A stretch of 64,000 nt of DNA from Terriglobia bacterium (GCA_963732025.1 CAVSXU010000004.1:145528-209527), one strand, 5' to 3'. Shown: positions 27,559-38,160, numbered from the stretch's first letter. Notes: a model not told the origin generated them from the sequence alone. Numbers and translations: made by a program.

Positions 27559-29424
27559 CTAATTCCCCACAGCGATATACAGCGTCTGCGTGCCCACCGC
27601 GCTACCCTGCGACAGCGTCACTTTTGCCAAATCATCTGCCGGGATGTTCGGAACTACGATATTGAACTGATACAGTCCCACCGAGCCCGGCGCCAGCCCC
27701 GCATATTGCTTGGTCGCTTGAACGCCGTCGATGTTAATGACGGCGAACGTCGCCAGTGAGGAGCTTGGAGGCGCGATTTGGCCAGCCGGCGTAAACGGCG
27801 ACACGTCTCCGAATCCGATGCCGTACAAAGTGATGACGTCGCCCGGTTTGGCGCGCGCGGTGGTAATTCCAGGGATCGCCGACGGCGGAGCCACGAAAGT
27901 CTTTCCATCCAGAAACAACGCCCCGATATACTGCTTCCCGCCGATGACCAACTGCGAGGGAGCATAAAAGCTCGGCTGATTCTGCACCACATTGACGTTG
28001 AACGACCCGCTTATGCCCGCCGAATTCTGCACGAACACCGCCTGCTGTCCGGCGCCCAGGCCCGACGGAAGCAGCGCGTTCACCTGACCGGGACTGACAT
28101 ACTCCACGAATGCCGGTATCCCGCCGACCGTCACCGTCGTGCGATTGAGCGACGTAGGCGCGGTCGAGCCGGTGAAGTCGCTGGCCGTCCACAGCCGGGC
28201 GTCCGCTGAAAGATTCGAGCCGTAAATCTCGATCCACGAACCCGGTGAAACCGTGGATAATCCGCCGAACCCGCTGGCCGTCACGATTCCGCCTGCTTTG
28301 ATCGCGGGCACGCCCGGACTCACCACCACCGCCGACGGAGTCAGCTTGCGAATCACATAATTCTGGCTGTCGCTGACATACAGGTTGCCGGAAGGGTCAA
28401 CGAATACGGACGAAGGAAAATTGAGCGACGCGGCCGTCGCGGGACCGCCATCGCCCGTATAGGCTTGGCCGCCTGTGCCGGCGATCGTCACGATCTTGCC
28501 ATTCGGCAGCACCATCCGAATCCGCTGATTGAAGGTATCGGCGATGTAGAGGCTGCCCGCCGCATCCACGGCGATTCCCTCGGGATGGTTGAGCGACGCG
28601 TTTAGCGCCTGTCCGCCGTCGCCCTTAAACCCGGCGATGCCGTTGCCCGCGACAGTGTGCATCACACCGTCCAGCGTCACCATGCGAATCCGATCGTTGA
28701 AAGTGTCGGCGATGTAGACGTTCCCGACCGCGTCCACCGCTACGCCCTGTGGATTGTGCATCTCGGCGTTGATGGCCTGCCCGCCGTCGCCCGCGAAATC
28801 GGAGAACGTGTTCCCCGCGAAGGTGTTGATCCCGTTGGCGGTGGTCACGATCCGGATTTTATTGTTCGCGGCGTCGGCGATGTAGAGATTCCCCTTCGAG
28901 TCCAACGCCAACCCCGCAGGCGTATTGAGTTGCGCGTTCGTGGCCGTGCCGGTGTCGCCATTCAGTCCCGCGCCCTGCGCGTTGTTGCCGGCATAGGTCG
29001 AAATGATACCCGCAGTGGTGATTTTGCGGATCACTTGATTGCGCGTATCCGAGAAGTAAACGTTGCCCGAGCCATCCACCACAATTCCCGACGGATTGAA
29101 GAGAAGCGCCGCCGATGCAGCCTTTCCGTCGCCGTCATATCCCGCCGTGCCCGTGCCGGCGAGCGTACTGATGGAACTGGCGCTCGCCAGCCGGATGCGA
29201 TTGTTCACCTGATCCGCGATATACACGTTTCCGTTTGCAAATACCGCTGCATAGGGCAGGAAAAGCTGCGCGGATGTCGGCGTGCCGCCGTCCCCGGCGA
29301 ACCCGGACGAGCCGCTGCCGGCGACTGTCGAGATCGTATACGTGGGAGCGGTCTGGGCTCCGGCCGATTGCGCCCACATCAGGGCCACCGAACACAAAAA
29401 TATGGTTTTATACACTTGAATCAT
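27559..29424 (-). CDS. NHL-repeat protein with Solibacter-type C-terminal domain (TIGR03437-like)
   Basis: Repeated GDGGxAxxAxLxxPxGvavDxxGNlYIAD; C-terminal ...QYAGLAPGSVGLYQFNIVVP... Confidence 0.8.
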   Translation of the reverse strand: MIQVYKTIFLCSVALMWAQSAGAQTAPTYTISTVAGSGSSGFAGDGGTPTSAQLFLPYAAVFANGNVYIADQVNNRIRLASASSISTLAGTGTAGYDGDGKAASAALLFNPSGIVVDGSGNVYFSDTRNQVIRKITTAGIISTYAGNNAQGAGLNGDTGTATNAQLNTPAGLALDSKGNLYIADAANNKIRIVTTANGINTFAGNTFSDFAGDGGQAINAEMHNPQGVAVDAVGNVYIADTFNDRIRMVTLDGVMHTVAGNGIAGFKGDGGQALNASLNHPEGIAVDAAGSLYIADTFNQRIRMVLPNGKIVTIAGTGGQAYTGDGGPATAASLNFPSSVFVDPSGNLYVSDSQNYVIRKLTPSAVVVSPGVPAIKAGGIVTASGFGGLSTVSPGSWIEIYGSNLSADARLWTASDFTGSTAPTSLNRTTVTVGGIPAFVEYVSPGQVNALLPSGLGAGQQAVFVQNSAGISGSFNVNVVQNQPSFYAPSQLVIGGKQYIGALFLDGKTFVAPPSAIPGITTARAKPGDVITLYGIGFGDVSPFTPAGQIAPPSSSLATFAVINIDGVQATKQYAGLAPGSVGLYQFNIVVPNIPADDLAKVTLSQGSAVGTQTLYIAVGN

Positions 29425-29454
29425 TTGGACGAATCCCGGAGACGCGGGGTTTCG

Positions 29455-31618
29455 TTACTTCAGGTTCCGATCAAAGAAGTCTAACATGCTGGCGTTCATC
29501 TGTCGCGCCGCAGCCCCGCTCACGCCGTGCGATTTCTGCGGATACAGCATGAATTCGAACTGCTTCCCCGCCAGTTGCAGAGCATCGGTCATCTGCAGCG
29601 TGTTCTGGAAAAGAACGTTGTCGTCCTCAAAGTTATGGACGATCATCAGCTTTGCTTTCAGATTCTTAGCCTTCGGAGGCAGCGCCGTCGCCCGATAGCC
29701 TTCGCCGTTTTCCGTCGGCAACCCCATGTAGCGCTCGGTGTAAATCGTGTCGTAATTCATGCATATTCGTCACCGGCGCTCCAGCTATCCCGCATTTGAA
29801 CACGTCCGGAGCGTTCAGGACCGCGTTCAGCGTCATGAAACCCCCATAGCTCCAGCCATGAATTCCGACCCGATCCGCATCCACATAGCCCAACGAAATC
29901 AGATATTTGACCCCAGCAACCTGATCCGTCAGTTCAGTAGTTCCCAGCGAACGAAAGACCGGCGTCTCGAACGCGTGGCCGCGGCCTTGTCCGCCTCGAT
30001 TCTCCGCCTGCCACACCACGTAACCGTGATGCGCGTAAGCCTGGTCGATCGAAACGCCCGACCACGAATTGTGAACCGGCAGCGCTACTCCGGGCCCTCC
30101 ATACACACTGACGATCGCCGGATACTTCTTGCCCGGCTGAAATCCTGCGGGCTTGATCACCTTCCCGTACAGCAGCGTTCCATCCGGTCCCTTGAAGCTG
30201 ACGATCTCCGTCGGCAGGATCTCGAACTCCTCCATCTGTCGACGATCGGCCTCGCGATACACACCCAATTCGGCGCCGTCGCCGGAATGCAGAGTCGTGC
30301 GCGGCGGCTGCGTCAAGGTCGAATACGTATCGAGATAGAAACTCCCGCCCGGTCCCATCGAAATGCTGTGCGAGCCCGGCGCGGTATCCAGCCGCTTCTT
30401 GTCGCCGCCATCCAGCTTCACGCTGAAAAAATGCGTCTCGAGCGAGCTGCCTTCGCTCGACGTGTAAAACACGCGATTGTTCTTTGCATCCACGCCTGCG
30501 ACACTGCGAACCTCCCACGGTCCTTTGGTGGCCTGCTTCAATTCCTTGCCATCGTTCGAGTAGACGTAAATGTGTCGGAAGCCATCGCGCTCGCTGGTCC
30601 ACAGGAATCGTTTTCCATCTTTCAGGAAATCGATATCGCCCTTCAAGTTGATCCAGTGCGGATCGGATTCCTTGAACACCGTCGTCGCCGTGCCCGATTC
30701 CACGCCGATCGACAACATCTCCAGCCGGTTCTGCACGCGATTCATGCGCAGCACGTAAATGCTCTTGGAATCCGGCATCCACCCGGCGCGCGCGATCAGA
30801 TACGCATTGCGAGTGTCGCCCACCTCCAGCCATTTCGTATTCCCGCCCGTCGCCGGCACCACGCCCAATCGAACGTCGGCATTATTCTCGCCCACCTGTG
30901 GATAGCGCTCTGGTTCATACAAGGCCCGCACACGCAGAACATCTTCGTGCGGATACAGCGGCTCACGAGCCGTATCGAACTGCATGTAGACGATCGATTT
31001 CGAATCGGGCGACCACCAGAAGGCCGTGCTCAAATCCAATTCCTCGGGATAAACCCAATCGAGCGTACCGTTGCGCAGCGTTTCGCTGCCGCCCTTGGTC
31101 AGCCGAGTCTCTTTGAGAGTCGCGACATCCACCGCATACAGATCGTATCCGCGCCGGAATGCGACCGACTTCGCATCGGGCGATAACTTGGCCTCGCGCT
31201 CTATTTCTGGAGTCTTCGTGAGCTGATCCCACTTGCCATCGTCGACATGAATGAGAAAAATATCGCCGCCTGTCGCGTACAGCAATTCTTTGCCACTCTG
31301 CGACCACTGCATGCCGCCCGCGCTGGCACGCCGATTCGTCCAATCGACCGGCCCATCTTCCACCGGACCCCTCACCGCCGCCGCATCCATAGCTTCGGTC
31401 GATACGAGATCCTTCGAGGTTTTCGTTGCAGGATTGTAGATCGCCAGCGATCGACCCTGGCGAGTCACGAATGTTTTCCCGTCAGGCGCCCAAGTAGCCG
31501 CTCCGCCGCCGCGTCCACCACCACCGCCGCGCCCTTCGTTCATCGATTCGAGCGTGATCGGTTTCTTTTGCGCGAACAGACTCGCGGAGAGCAGCGTGAA
31601 CAGAAGAACTTTTCGCAT
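29455..31618 (-). pseudogene. dipeptidyl-peptidase IV (S9B), one frameshift near 29700-29760
   Basis: 650-aa ORF with DPP-IV N-terminal propeller region and GWSYGG. The C-terminal 100 aa (ORF 29455-29760: ...MIVHNFEDDNVLFQN...) lie in another frame. Confidence 0.8.
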
Positions 31619-31644
31619 CTACTGAAATTGTACCGGACCGGGAC

Positions 31645-31683
31645 GTGGCGCACGCGCTCTAACTCGAAGAGTGCGTGCGCCAC
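31645..31683. repeat. REP-like hairpin, GTGGCGCACGC family
   Basis: GTGGCGCACGCGCTCTAACTCGAAGAGTGCGTGCGCCAC. Confidence 0.75.
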
Positions 31684-31714
31684 ATCGGAATGGTATGCTC
31701 GCGGTAGGTCATAG

Positions 31715-32572
31715 ATGAATTTCCGGGCAGCCTGGTGGCGATTCGGTATCGCGGTGGCAGTTGTCAGCGTGCTTGTCACCAGCGTGCGCGCCTTCCAACG
31801 ACCCTTTCGCGTTTACCAGAGCATGGAGGGTTACGACGATATTCCCCTGCCATCCGATTTTCAGGTTCCGGGGGAATTTGTGTTCGCGCGGCTGATGTAT
31901 CCCAATCATCCGCAAGCTCGCTTCGGCGGGCGACGGTGGGGGCAATACGGCGACTGGCGCGAAGGCTACACCAGTTGGACGCAGGATTATCCGCGTGCCG
32001 ACCGTCATTTCATCATGGCTCTGCGGCGCCTGACTCGATTGAATGCGCGATCGGTGGAACAGCCGGTGAATCTGGAAGATGGCGATGACATCTTCAACTG
32101 GCCTTGGCTCGCCGCAGGTGAGATGGGCGATTGGAAGTTGACGCCGGAGATGGCGGCCAAGCTTCGCGAGTATTTGCTGCGCGGCGGATTTTTGATGCTC
32201 GACGATTTCTGGGGTCCGGAGGAATGGGCTCGTTTCGACGAGAGCATGAAGCTGGTGTTCCCAGAGCGCGAGAGCAATGAAATCGACGACGCCGACCCGG
32301 TATTTCACGCGGTTTACGATTTGAACGACCGCATCCAGGTCCTCGGGCAATGGGGCTTGCGCGGCGGCGGGATGAGTTATCGTGTGCAGGGCACGCACGC
32401 GGAATGGAAGGGCATTTACGACGACAAAAAGCGGTTGGTGGTCGTGATGGATTTCAATTCGGATGTGGGCGATTCCTGGGAGTGGGCGGATTCGCCTACT
32501 TATCCCGAGGCTTTTTCAGCATTGGGGATGCGGATTGGCGTTAATTACGTTGTGTATTCGATGACGCATTAG
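31715..32572 (+). CDS. DUF4159-domain protein
   Basis: 285 aa: ...FVFARLMY...WTQDYPRADRHF...FNWPWLAAGEMGDWKLT...LREYLLRGGFLMLDDFWG... Confidence 0.65.
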   Translation: MNFRAAWWRFGIAVAVVSVLVTSVRAFQRPFRVYQSMEGYDDIPLPSDFQVPGEFVFARLMYPNHPQARFGGRRWGQYGDWREGYTSWTQDYPRADRHFIMALRRLTRLNARSVEQPVNLEDGDDIFNWPWLAAGEMGDWKLTPEMAAKLREYLLRGGFLMLDDFWGPEEWARFDESMKLVFPERESNEIDDADPVFHAVYDLNDRIQVLGQWGLRGGGMSYRVQGTHAEWKGIYDDKKRLVVVMDFNSDVGDSWEWADSPTYPEAFSALGMRIGVNYVVYSMTH

Positions 32573-32579
32573 GCGTGTC

Positions 32580-32724
32580 GTGAGGGCGGGGAATCGGCAG
32601 GCGGAATCACCTGCCCCACACGAAGACGCGCGCGCTCTTTACGGTCGCCCCGCAACTGCCGGGTGTGGGGAGGAAGAACTGGCCGACGTGGGCGTCGGTC
32701 GCGGACCTGGAGGTCCGCCCCACA
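32580..32724. repeat. cluster of GTGGGG-plus-hairpin REP-like units upstream of cas10
   Basis: GGCAGGCGGAATCACCTGCCCCACA; GCCGACGTGGGCGTCGG; GCGGACCTGGAGGTCCGCCCCACA. Confidence 0.65.
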
Positions 32725-32782
32725 AATACAAACACTCCCCGACCGTTACGCCTCAACTCAAGCCTTCAGGCGTGATACGCTG

Positions 32783-34258
32783 ATGGTTTCGCCTCTCTCG
32801 ATGTCGATCCAAATATTCCTCCAAGGCAAACTCCTCGGCATCGACGAGTTTCTGTTCGCACAATCCGAGCAGGACTACGACCAGGTCTTCACGGGCCGCT
32901 CGCACTGGATCAGCTTGCTGAGCGAGATCCTGCCGCGGGCGCTGCTGGCCGAACTAGGGCTGGCGAAGATACTTTTGGGATCGAGCGGGGGCGGACAGTT
33001 TCTATTGGTGCTGCCGCAGGAATCGCGGGATCAGGCGGAGGCTTTTCTGACCGCGGCGGCCAACGAGATCGCGGCGCTGAGCGATGGATCGCTCAAGCTG
33101 CTGTGGAGCGTCACGGAAAACCTCGGCGACTGGAGCGATGTGCGGCGACGGCTCACGGATGCGATGGATCATCGCCGCGGGACGCCGCTGGATCGCGGAT
33201 TCGAGGAGCAGGCTCCGCTGGATGCGGGGGCTCACGATTATTTCGCGGGTCATCTGGGGATGCGATTGCGCGATGCGGAATCCGCGTCGTGGTCGCCGGA
33301 AACGCCGGGTCGTATTTTGATCGGCGAAGGCAAGCATGTGTGGAATTTGAGCGGATCGTCGGCGGAGTCGCTGCCGTTCGCGCGGCATGCAGCGCCGAGC
33401 AACGCGGGAACCGAGCCGGCGTTGACGGCCGATCTGGCGGCGCGGGCGGTCGGGCTGAAAACGTGGGGCGTACTGCGCGGCGATGTCGACAATTTCGGGA
33501 TTCGGATTCGGCGTGCGCAGACCATTGAGGAACACATCCAGTTGTCGGTGATGTTCAAACAGTTCTTCGCGGGCGAATTGGAAGTGCTGTGCTCGATGCC
33601 GGAATTCTGGCGCAAGGTCACGGTGATTTATTCGGGCGGCGACGATTTTGCGGTGTATGGCGCTTGGGATGCGCTGGTGGGGCTGGCTCGCGAACTGGAG
33701 CGGCTGTTCCATCGATTTGCGGAATCGAATCTAAAGGATTTCGTGGGGCCGGAGGGCAAGACGATCACGATGGCGCTGGCGCTCGCGCCGGCTGCTGACG
33801 CGTCACTGGGCGCGGTGTTCGAAGAAGCCGGGCAGCGCCTGGAGGCAGCGAAATCGTCAGACAAGGATTGCATCTGGCTGCTGGGGCGGACGCTCGAATG
33901 GAAGCAGTTCGCGGAGGCAGCGGAGTTGAAGGATTCGCTGATGCGGATGATTGGGGAGTTCCACTGTTCGCCGCAATATCTGCGCGACTTGTGCGGGATT
34001 TATCGCGAAACGCAATCGAAGATGTCGCGGCGGCAGGCTCGGCGAAGCGGAGGCGAGCGGCCGTGGCGGTATCATCGGCGTATCCGGCGCATTCTGGGGG
34101 CAGCACGTCCGGCCGCACCCAAAGAACGCGAGCGTAATGAGTTTCAGAAAGCGCGGACGTCGCTGATCGCGGACCTGATCGGTCGCAGTGCGGTGACGGT
34201 GAAGTTGCGGCCCGCTGGACGGGTGGCGCTAGAATGGGCGAGGCTCTCGGCTGAATAA
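32783..34258 (+). CDS. cas10: minimal Cas10 (Csm1-like) lacking an HD domain, GGDD cyclase motif intact
   Basis: 491 aa from ATG 32783. Palm1-like: LGIDEFLF...GRSHWISLLSE...GSSGGGQFLLVLP. Palm2: WGVLRGDVDNFG...VIYSGGDDFAVYGAWD (GGDD at 33635-33646). ...KDCIWLLGRTLEWKQF. Confidence 0.85.
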   Translation: MVSPLSMSIQIFLQGKLLGIDEFLFAQSEQDYDQVFTGRSHWISLLSEILPRALLAELGLAKILLGSSGGGQFLLVLPQESRDQAEAFLTAAANEIAALSDGSLKLLWSVTENLGDWSDVRRRLTDAMDHRRGTPLDRGFEEQAPLDAGAHDYFAGHLGMRLRDAESASWSPETPGRILIGEGKHVWNLSGSSAESLPFARHAAPSNAGTEPALTADLAARAVGLKTWGVLRGDVDNFGIRIRRAQTIEEHIQLSVMFKQFFAGELEVLCSMPEFWRKVTVIYSGGDDFAVYGAWDALVGLARELERLFHRFAESNLKDFVGPEGKTITMALALAPAADASLGAVFEEAGQRLEAAKSSDKDCIWLLGRTLEWKQFAEAAELKDSLMRMIGEFHCSPQYLRDLCGIYRETQSKMSRRQARRSGGERPWRYHRRIRRILGAARPAAPKERERNEFQKARTSLIADLIGRSAVTVKLRPAGRVALEWARLSAE

Positions 34259-34300
34259 CACCTGGGTAACACCAGGCAGAGCAGGGCAAGAGGGGATTGT

Positions 34301-35090
34301 ATGGAAGACGAAGTCCAAGAAAAATCATCGGGCGGCGGCACGCTGAGCGAGGCGTTGGCGGGGGCTTTGAAGTTGGAGGTCCCGAAGGCGGAAGCTCCTA
34401 ACGGAAGCTCCAAACCGGAAGCGGCGACCGAATCCAGCTCGACAGAAGCTGCTGCGACGGAAACGGCGAAGCCCGACGAGGCCGCGAAAGCGGATGCTCC
34501 GAAGCAGGAATCGCAAAAGGCGCAGGGCGGGCAGCGGCAACAGGGGCGTCCGCAGGGACAGCCTCGCGAGGCGCGTCCTCCTCGTCCGCAGGGTCAAGGT
34601 GGAGGGCCGGGCGGCGAACGGCGACCGGAGAATCGTGGCGGGGAACATCGCGGCGGCGATCGTGGGGAACGGCGAGGGCCCGGCGGGCGGACATGGCGGC
34701 GAACGTCGCGAAGGTGGGCGTCCGGGCGGAAGGCCGTTCGACGGGCCGCCGGCGGATATCGAACTCGAGAAGCTGATCTCCGACAGTTTGTATCTCGACA
34801 ATCAGGCGCACGCGGTCGTGGTGCGAATGCGCGATATGGATTCGGGCACGAAGAGTCAATTGCGGCGTTTGTACAATGCGGTTCGGCGAGCGGTGCGAGC
34901 GCCGGAGAACGAGCGTCAACATCATTTCGTGATGCTGCGGGCGCGGCTGGCGTACACGATCGCTCGGCATTCGCTGCGCAGCCTGGATGCGCTGGAGCGG
35001 TTGCTGCTGCAGGTCACCAGAAGAAACGACGCGCGCGGTTACGAGCGCTTCAAAGATCTGTTCGAGGCGATCGTCGCCTACAACGAGTAA
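34301..35090 (+). pseudogene. csm2: Csm2-like small subunit with long low-complexity N-terminal extension; apparent frameshift near 34685
   Basis: C-terminal domain ...SQLRRLYNAVRR...MLRARLAYTIARH...FKDLFEAIVAYNE (frame of ORF 34494-35090). The N-terminal E/A/K then G/R/Q/P-rich region lies in the frame of ORF 34301. Confidence 0.7.
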
Positions 35091-35097
35091 AGGAACC

Positions 35098-35931
35098 ATG
35101 AGCTCACATACCGCTCAGACGCAACTTCAATTGGTCGGCAAGCTGATTTTTTCGGGCGATCTGCACTGCGAAACCGGACTGCATATCGGCGCGGGCAAGG
35201 GATCGCTCGAGATCGGCGGCGCGGATAATCCGGTCGTCAAAGACGCCTTCGGGCTTCCTTATATTCCGGGCAGCTCGCTGCGCGGCAAGGTTCGATCGCT
35301 GCTGGAGAACGCGATGGGCCTGACGACTCCGGCGGAGCTGGTGTATCTGTCGAAGCGCCGCGGCCAGGAGGTTCGGATTCACCAGAGCGATCGTCCGGAT
35401 GACGAAATCTGCCTGCTGTTCGGACGTTCGCCCGGCCGGGTCGAGAAGGTCGAAGGCGGAGAGACGGGCGAGAATCGCGCGGCGAGCCCGGCTCGGCTGA
35501 CGATTTACGACGCACCGCTGGATCAGGAGAGCATCACGGCGCAGATGCGCGAGAATCTGGACGACGAGATCACGGAGGTCAAGAGCGAGAACGCGATCGA
35601 CCGGATCACGTCGCAGGCGAATCCGCGGACGTTGGAACGCGTGCCTGCGGGGGCGCGGTTCAAGGTCCGCATGGTGCTGGATGTTTTGTGCGAGGAGGAC
35701 AAGGCGCTGGCGGCTCGGGTAGTCGAAGGGCTGCGGCTGCTGGAAGATGACGCGCTGGGCGGCGGCGGATCGCGCGGCAGCGGTCGGGTGCGGTTCGGCA
35801 ATTTGAAATTGATCTGGCGCAATCGCGAGTTTTATTCGGCGGGCGGCGATGAGGCGGAATTGGCGTCGGGCGCGGATCTGGCGGCGGTGCAGAAGCTGGC
35901 GGCGGACGGGTTCGGGGAGAAGTTGAGTTAG
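35098..35931 (+). CDS. csm3: Csm3 (Cas7-group RAMP)
   Basis: LHIGAGKGSLEIGGADNPVVKDAFGLPYIPGSSLRGKVRSLLE...ENAIDRITSQANPRTLERVPAG...GGGGSRGSGRVRF. Confidence 0.9.
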   Translation: MSSHTAQTQLQLVGKLIFSGDLHCETGLHIGAGKGSLEIGGADNPVVKDAFGLPYIPGSSLRGKVRSLLENAMGLTTPAELVYLSKRRGQEVRIHQSDRPDDEICLLFGRSPGRVEKVEGGETGENRAASPARLTIYDAPLDQESITAQMRENLDDEITEVKSENAIDRITSQANPRTLERVPAGARFKVRMVLDVLCEEDKALAARVVEGLRLLEDDALGGGGSRGSGRVRFGNLKLIWRNREFYSAGGDEAELASGADLAAVQKLAADGFGEKLS

Positions 35932-35945
35932 ATAGCGTCAAGACT

Positions 35946-35994
35946 TGTGCGACACTGAAGTGTCGACACTGCACGCTGGACGTGCGCGCGCCAC
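35946..35994. repeat. REP-like element between csm3 and csm4
   Basis: TGTGCGACACTGAAGTGTCGACACTGCACGCTGGACGTGCGCGCGCCACA. Confidence 0.6.
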
Positions 35995-36017
35995 ATTTCC
36001 AATGCTGATTCAATCTA

Positions 36018-36998
36018 TTGCCCACCGCGCCTTGGCGCATCGGACCCGACTCGGGCGATCGCGATCGCGTGGATCGCATCTATCACAGCGACTCGCTGTA
36101 TTCGGCTGTGTCTGGTGCGATGGTCCAACTCGGGTATATCGAGGAATGGATCGCCGCGACGGCGCTGGCGGACGAGCCTGCGGTGCGGTTCAGCTCGTGT
36201 TTTCCATTTCAGGGCGAGACTCGATTCATTGTTCCGCCGAGAAGTTTGTGGCCGCCGCCGGCGTCATCCAAAGTTCGATGGCGAGGCGCGAAGTTTGTGC
36301 CGCTGAGCGTTGTGAACGACCTATTGAACTCTAAAACGCTTTCGGAAGAAGGCTGGACGGTCGATCCCGCGAGCGAGTGCCTGATCAAGATCGGCGAACC
36401 GGGGCCGTTTCGAGTGGCAGTGCGATCGAGCGCGGCGGTCGATCGGTTCGGTTCCGGTGTAGCGCCGCATTCGACAGCCTGTATCGAGTTCGCGCCAGGG
36501 GCGGGACTCTGGGCGTCGGCGGAATTCTCGAACGACGCGGCGCGCGAGCAGTGGAGCACGAAGCTAAAGGGCGCGTTGCGGCTGTTGGCCGATTCCGGAT
36601 TCGGCGGCGAGCGATCGCGAGGTTGGGGCCGAGCGGAGGTTTCCTTCTCCGACGACGTGCTTCCGTTTACGTCGGTAACGGCGTCGGCAACTGACGCCGC
36701 AAGCGATCCCTCTGGATGGTGGATGCTATCGCTATTTCATCCCGCTGCAGGCGACGATATCGATTGGAAGCGGGGCAGCTACGCTCTGACTACGCGGGGC
36801 GGACGCGTCGAGAGTTCCGCGAGCTGGGGCGACGCGAAGAAACCGACGCGCATGATCGCGGAAGGCTCGGTGATTGTGGCGGGAAGCGCGCCACTCGGGT
36901 CGGCCGCGAATGTGGCTCCAGATGATTTTCCGCATCCTGTCTATCGCGCCGGGTTCGCGTTTGCCATACCGATTCCGTGGAGGCAGGCGGCGTTATGA
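36018..36998 (+). CDS. csm4: Csm4-like (Cas5-group RAMP)
   Basis: TTG start. ...PWRIGPDSG...IYHSDSLYSAVSGAM...; G-rich loop SGFGGERSRGWGRAEVSF. Confidence 0.8.
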   Translation: MPTAPWRIGPDSGDRDRVDRIYHSDSLYSAVSGAMVQLGYIEEWIAATALADEPAVRFSSCFPFQGETRFIVPPRSLWPPPASSKVRWRGAKFVPLSVVNDLLNSKTLSEEGWTVDPASECLIKIGEPGPFRVAVRSSAAVDRFGSGVAPHSTACIEFAPGAGLWASAEFSNDAAREQWSTKLKGALRLLADSGFGGERSRGWGRAEVSFSDDVLPFTSVTASATDAASDPSGWWMLSLFHPAAGDDIDWKRGSYALTTRGGRVESSASWGDAKKPTRMIAEGSVIVAGSAPLGSAANVAPDDFPHPVYRAGFAFAIPIPWRQAAL

Positions 36999-38117
36999 CA
37001 GGCACCGGTATGAGATATCGCCTCACGTGCCTCACGCCTACGCTGATCGGAGACGGGCAAAGGCTCGCGCCGATCGATTACATGGTGTGGAAGGACCACG
37101 TCAATGTGCTCGACCAGCGGCGGATTTTTAAGCTGCTGGCGAAGGGTCCTCGGCTGGAGGGATATCTCGCGCAGTTGAAAAAAGCCGAGCGGCTGGATTT
37201 CGCGGATTGGGGCGGGTTCGCGCAGAATTTCGCGGGCCGCCGGATTCCGTTCGAACACGCGAGCTCGATTCCGCTTTGGGAGCGCGCGAAACCCGAGCAG
37301 CTTTTCATTCCGACGTTCGCGGTGTCGCCGTCGGGTCCTTATATTCCGGGCACCGCGATCAAAGGCGCGCTGCGGACGGGCGCAGTTCACGATCGCTGGA
37401 GCGAGGCGACGATGCGCGATCTGGCGAATCGGCTGGCGAATGACGATCGTCCTCCGCGGAATCCGGCGGCGCGCGCCGAGGAAGCGGTGCTGGGCGGCGG
37501 TGGATCGAATCGGATGCGCAGGGTAGCGGCGGGAGATTCCGCATCGTCGACGCATCAGGGCATGAAGGTGTATCTGATGCGCGTTGCGACTTTGGTTGCG
37601 AAGGGTCCTGAGAAGTTTGAGGTCGGGTGGAAGTCCGGGCGCGGTTCGGTGGACACTCGGCGGATTGAAGATAGTACGCCGATGTTCATCGAGATGGCCT
37701 CGCCGGGCGCTTCGTTCGAGGGCGTGTGGCAGGAGAAGTCGGTCAGCGATCGCGCGAAGCTGTTCAACGCCGCGAATAAGTTTGCCTCGGCTCAGTTGGC
37801 GAAGCACAAGCAGTATGCGGCGTCGACGGGGTTGAGCCGCGCTGACGGAGACGGTTGGGCGGCTGGAAACGAAGGTTGAAGAAATCGGGCGCGGCCAGAA
37901 CGCGTGCGTCGTTTCGATCGGCTGGGGTGGTGGATTGGTCGGCAAGTCTTCCTATTTGGAGACGACGGACGAGTCGTATCGCCAGATCATGAAGACGGAT
38001 GCGTTTTATCGGGATGCGCTGCGGACGGGGATGCCGTTTCCGAAGACTCGCAAGGTTATTTTCGAAGGCGGAAAGCCCGCGAGTTTGCCGGGTTGGGTTT
38101 TGATCGAGACGGTGTAG
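36995..38117 (+). pseudogene. csm5: Csm5-like (Cas7-group RAMP), apparent frameshift near 37840
   Basis: ATGA overlap with csm4. ...LTPTLIGDGQRLAPIDYMVW...PYIPGTAIKGALRT.... C-terminus ...VVSIGWGGGLVGKSSYL...PGWVLIETV lies in the frame of ORF 37935-38117. Confidence 0.75.
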
Positions 38118-38160
38118 GGCCGGCAAGAATGCCGGCTGCAGCCAGAATAGGCTGCCCCAC
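38118..38160. repeat. two tandem GC hairpins plus CCCCAC, downstream of csm5
   Basis: GGCCGGCAAGAATGCCGGC and GCAGCCAGAATAGGCTGC followed by CCCACA; no U-tract. Confidence 0.5.

Noticed and set aside
29759-31186. 475-aa plus-strand ORF
   Set aside because: Opposite the DPP-IV gene; no motifs and an Arg-rich shadow frame. The same reasoning applies to 21770-22657, 28657-29484, 40717-41730, 41948-43165 and 62785-63816.
32663-32782. N-terminal extension of Cas10 from the ORF-track start, or a hidden HD domain
   Set aside because: The extension translates REP-like hairpins (MWGGRTGRRGRRSRTW...). ATG 32783 immediately precedes the conserved Palm1 region. Only about 210 bp separates it from the upstream gene, too little for an HD domain.
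34494-35090. csm2 as an intact 198-aa gene starting at ATG 34494
   Set aside because: Not fully excluded. However, its first 65 residues (MLRSRNRKRRRAGSGNRGVRR...) look like an off-frame reading of the G/R-repeat region that reads coherently in the 34301 frame, so a single indel near 34685 seems more likely.
33002-37945. Minus-strand ORFs opposite cas10, csm2 and csm5 (33002-33712, 34398-35099, 36941-37945)
   Set aside because: Antisense shadows of clearly recognisable Cas proteins; low-complexity R/P/A composition.
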